DNA of 64,000 nucleotides from NCBI GenBank assembly GCA_000165345.1, contig CM000431.1, positions 480,001 to 544,000 of the forward strand, read 5' to 3'. Shown piece by piece: positions 63,631 to 64,000 of this stretch (position 1 is its first letter; each line of letters starts with the position of its first letter). The notes under the pieces were generated by a model. It saw only the letters and a program-made list of their open reading frames with translations, ran no database searches and was not told where the DNA came from. The position numbers and the translations under genes were made by a program.

Positions 63631-64000
63631 CTAACAATTAATATATAAATAAATCCAAAGTTAAAAACTTGACTCAGAACTTAATGAAAAATAATTACCA
63701 AGATATTTAAGAGTAATTAAAGAATTATTTATACCCTTTAACCCCAGCTAATGATCTTGTTTCATGCTAATAAATTAGTTTTTCGGATTTAACCAATTTA
63801 AAAAAAATTCATTAAAATCCTGTGAGCCTTGTAAATTATGTATTTTAGTAAAATTAGCGAATATTAATAATTAGTGTATAGCGAATTCCAAAATAGATCC
63901 ATAGACTAAGATCCTATTTGCCGAAGGCAGATTTAACCAGAGTTCAGTATCTTAATTAAATAAAAAGCTATAGATGAGTTATGGATTAAAAATTAAGCAT

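Noticed and set aside
1-64000. tRNA, rRNA, snRNA, CRISPR or transposon/mobile-element signatures
   Set aside because: I scanned intergenic regions for T-loop (GGTTCGAATCC-like), D-loop (TAGCTCAGTTGG-like) and U6 (CGCTTCGGCAGCACA) boxes and for long terminal or inverted repeats. The only GGTTCGAA hit (about 25668) is inside the SART3-like CDS. There are no direct-repeat arrays. The window is ordinary eukaryotic chromosomal DNA, so I do not claim a prokaryote-style novel system.
63974-64000. ATG at about 63974 opening a plus-strand frame that runs off the 3' window edge (MSYGLKIKH...)
   Set aside because: Only 9 codons are visible. It cannot be distinguished from chance in AT-rich DNA.

Overview
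The window is AT-rich (about 30% GC) and gene-dense, with genes on both strands, long uninterrupted ORFs and only a few very short GT-AG introns of about 50 nt. There are no rRNA, tRNA, CRISPR or transposon signatures. The gene content and motifs point to a nuclear chromosome segment of an apicomplexan with a compact genome, most like Cryptosporidium. The pointers are an ApiAP2-type factor, recurrent E2F-like (TTTGGCGG) and TGCATGC motifs in intergenic DNA, and secreted EGF-repeat and glycoprotein genes. I can support about 29 protein-coding genes. Recognisable products are exportin CSE1/CAS (truncated at the 5' window edge), casein kinase 1, Sec23, a Nup155/Nup170-like nucleoporin, CK2 beta, a secreted cbEGF-repeat protein, RPB9, a SART3/Prp24-like U6 recycling factor, a membrane-anchored PTEN-family phosphatase, a NAT8-like GNAT, snurportin, PRP38, TCTP, an ApiAP2 factor, a WD40 (WDxR) protein, a PPM1G-like PP2C, choline/ethanolamine kinase, the CCA-adding enzyme, a P4H-like 2OG oxygenase and an RNF126-like RING E3. 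Three gene-model points go beyond the six-frame ORF track. First, a 4-exon Nudix (Ap4A-hydrolase-like) gene at 36150..36784 is absent from the track. Second, the 877-aa membrane-protein ORF and the downstream 180-aa ORF are in the same frame, separated only by a TAG that sits inside a canonical 48-nt GTAAGT...TAG phase-0 intron; splicing would give one roughly 1100-aa multi-pass membrane protein with a C-terminal EF-hand. Third, several track ORFs begin at GTG/TTG, and the likely real ATG starts lie downstream. I see no prokaryote-style defence or mobile system and do not claim one. The most unusual items are the hidden intron, the VSP/TPTE-like architecture of the PTEN phosphatase, and a conserved zinc-finger coding region lying upstream of any ATG in the RING E3 gene. 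Coordinates derived by hand may be off by 1-2 nt.
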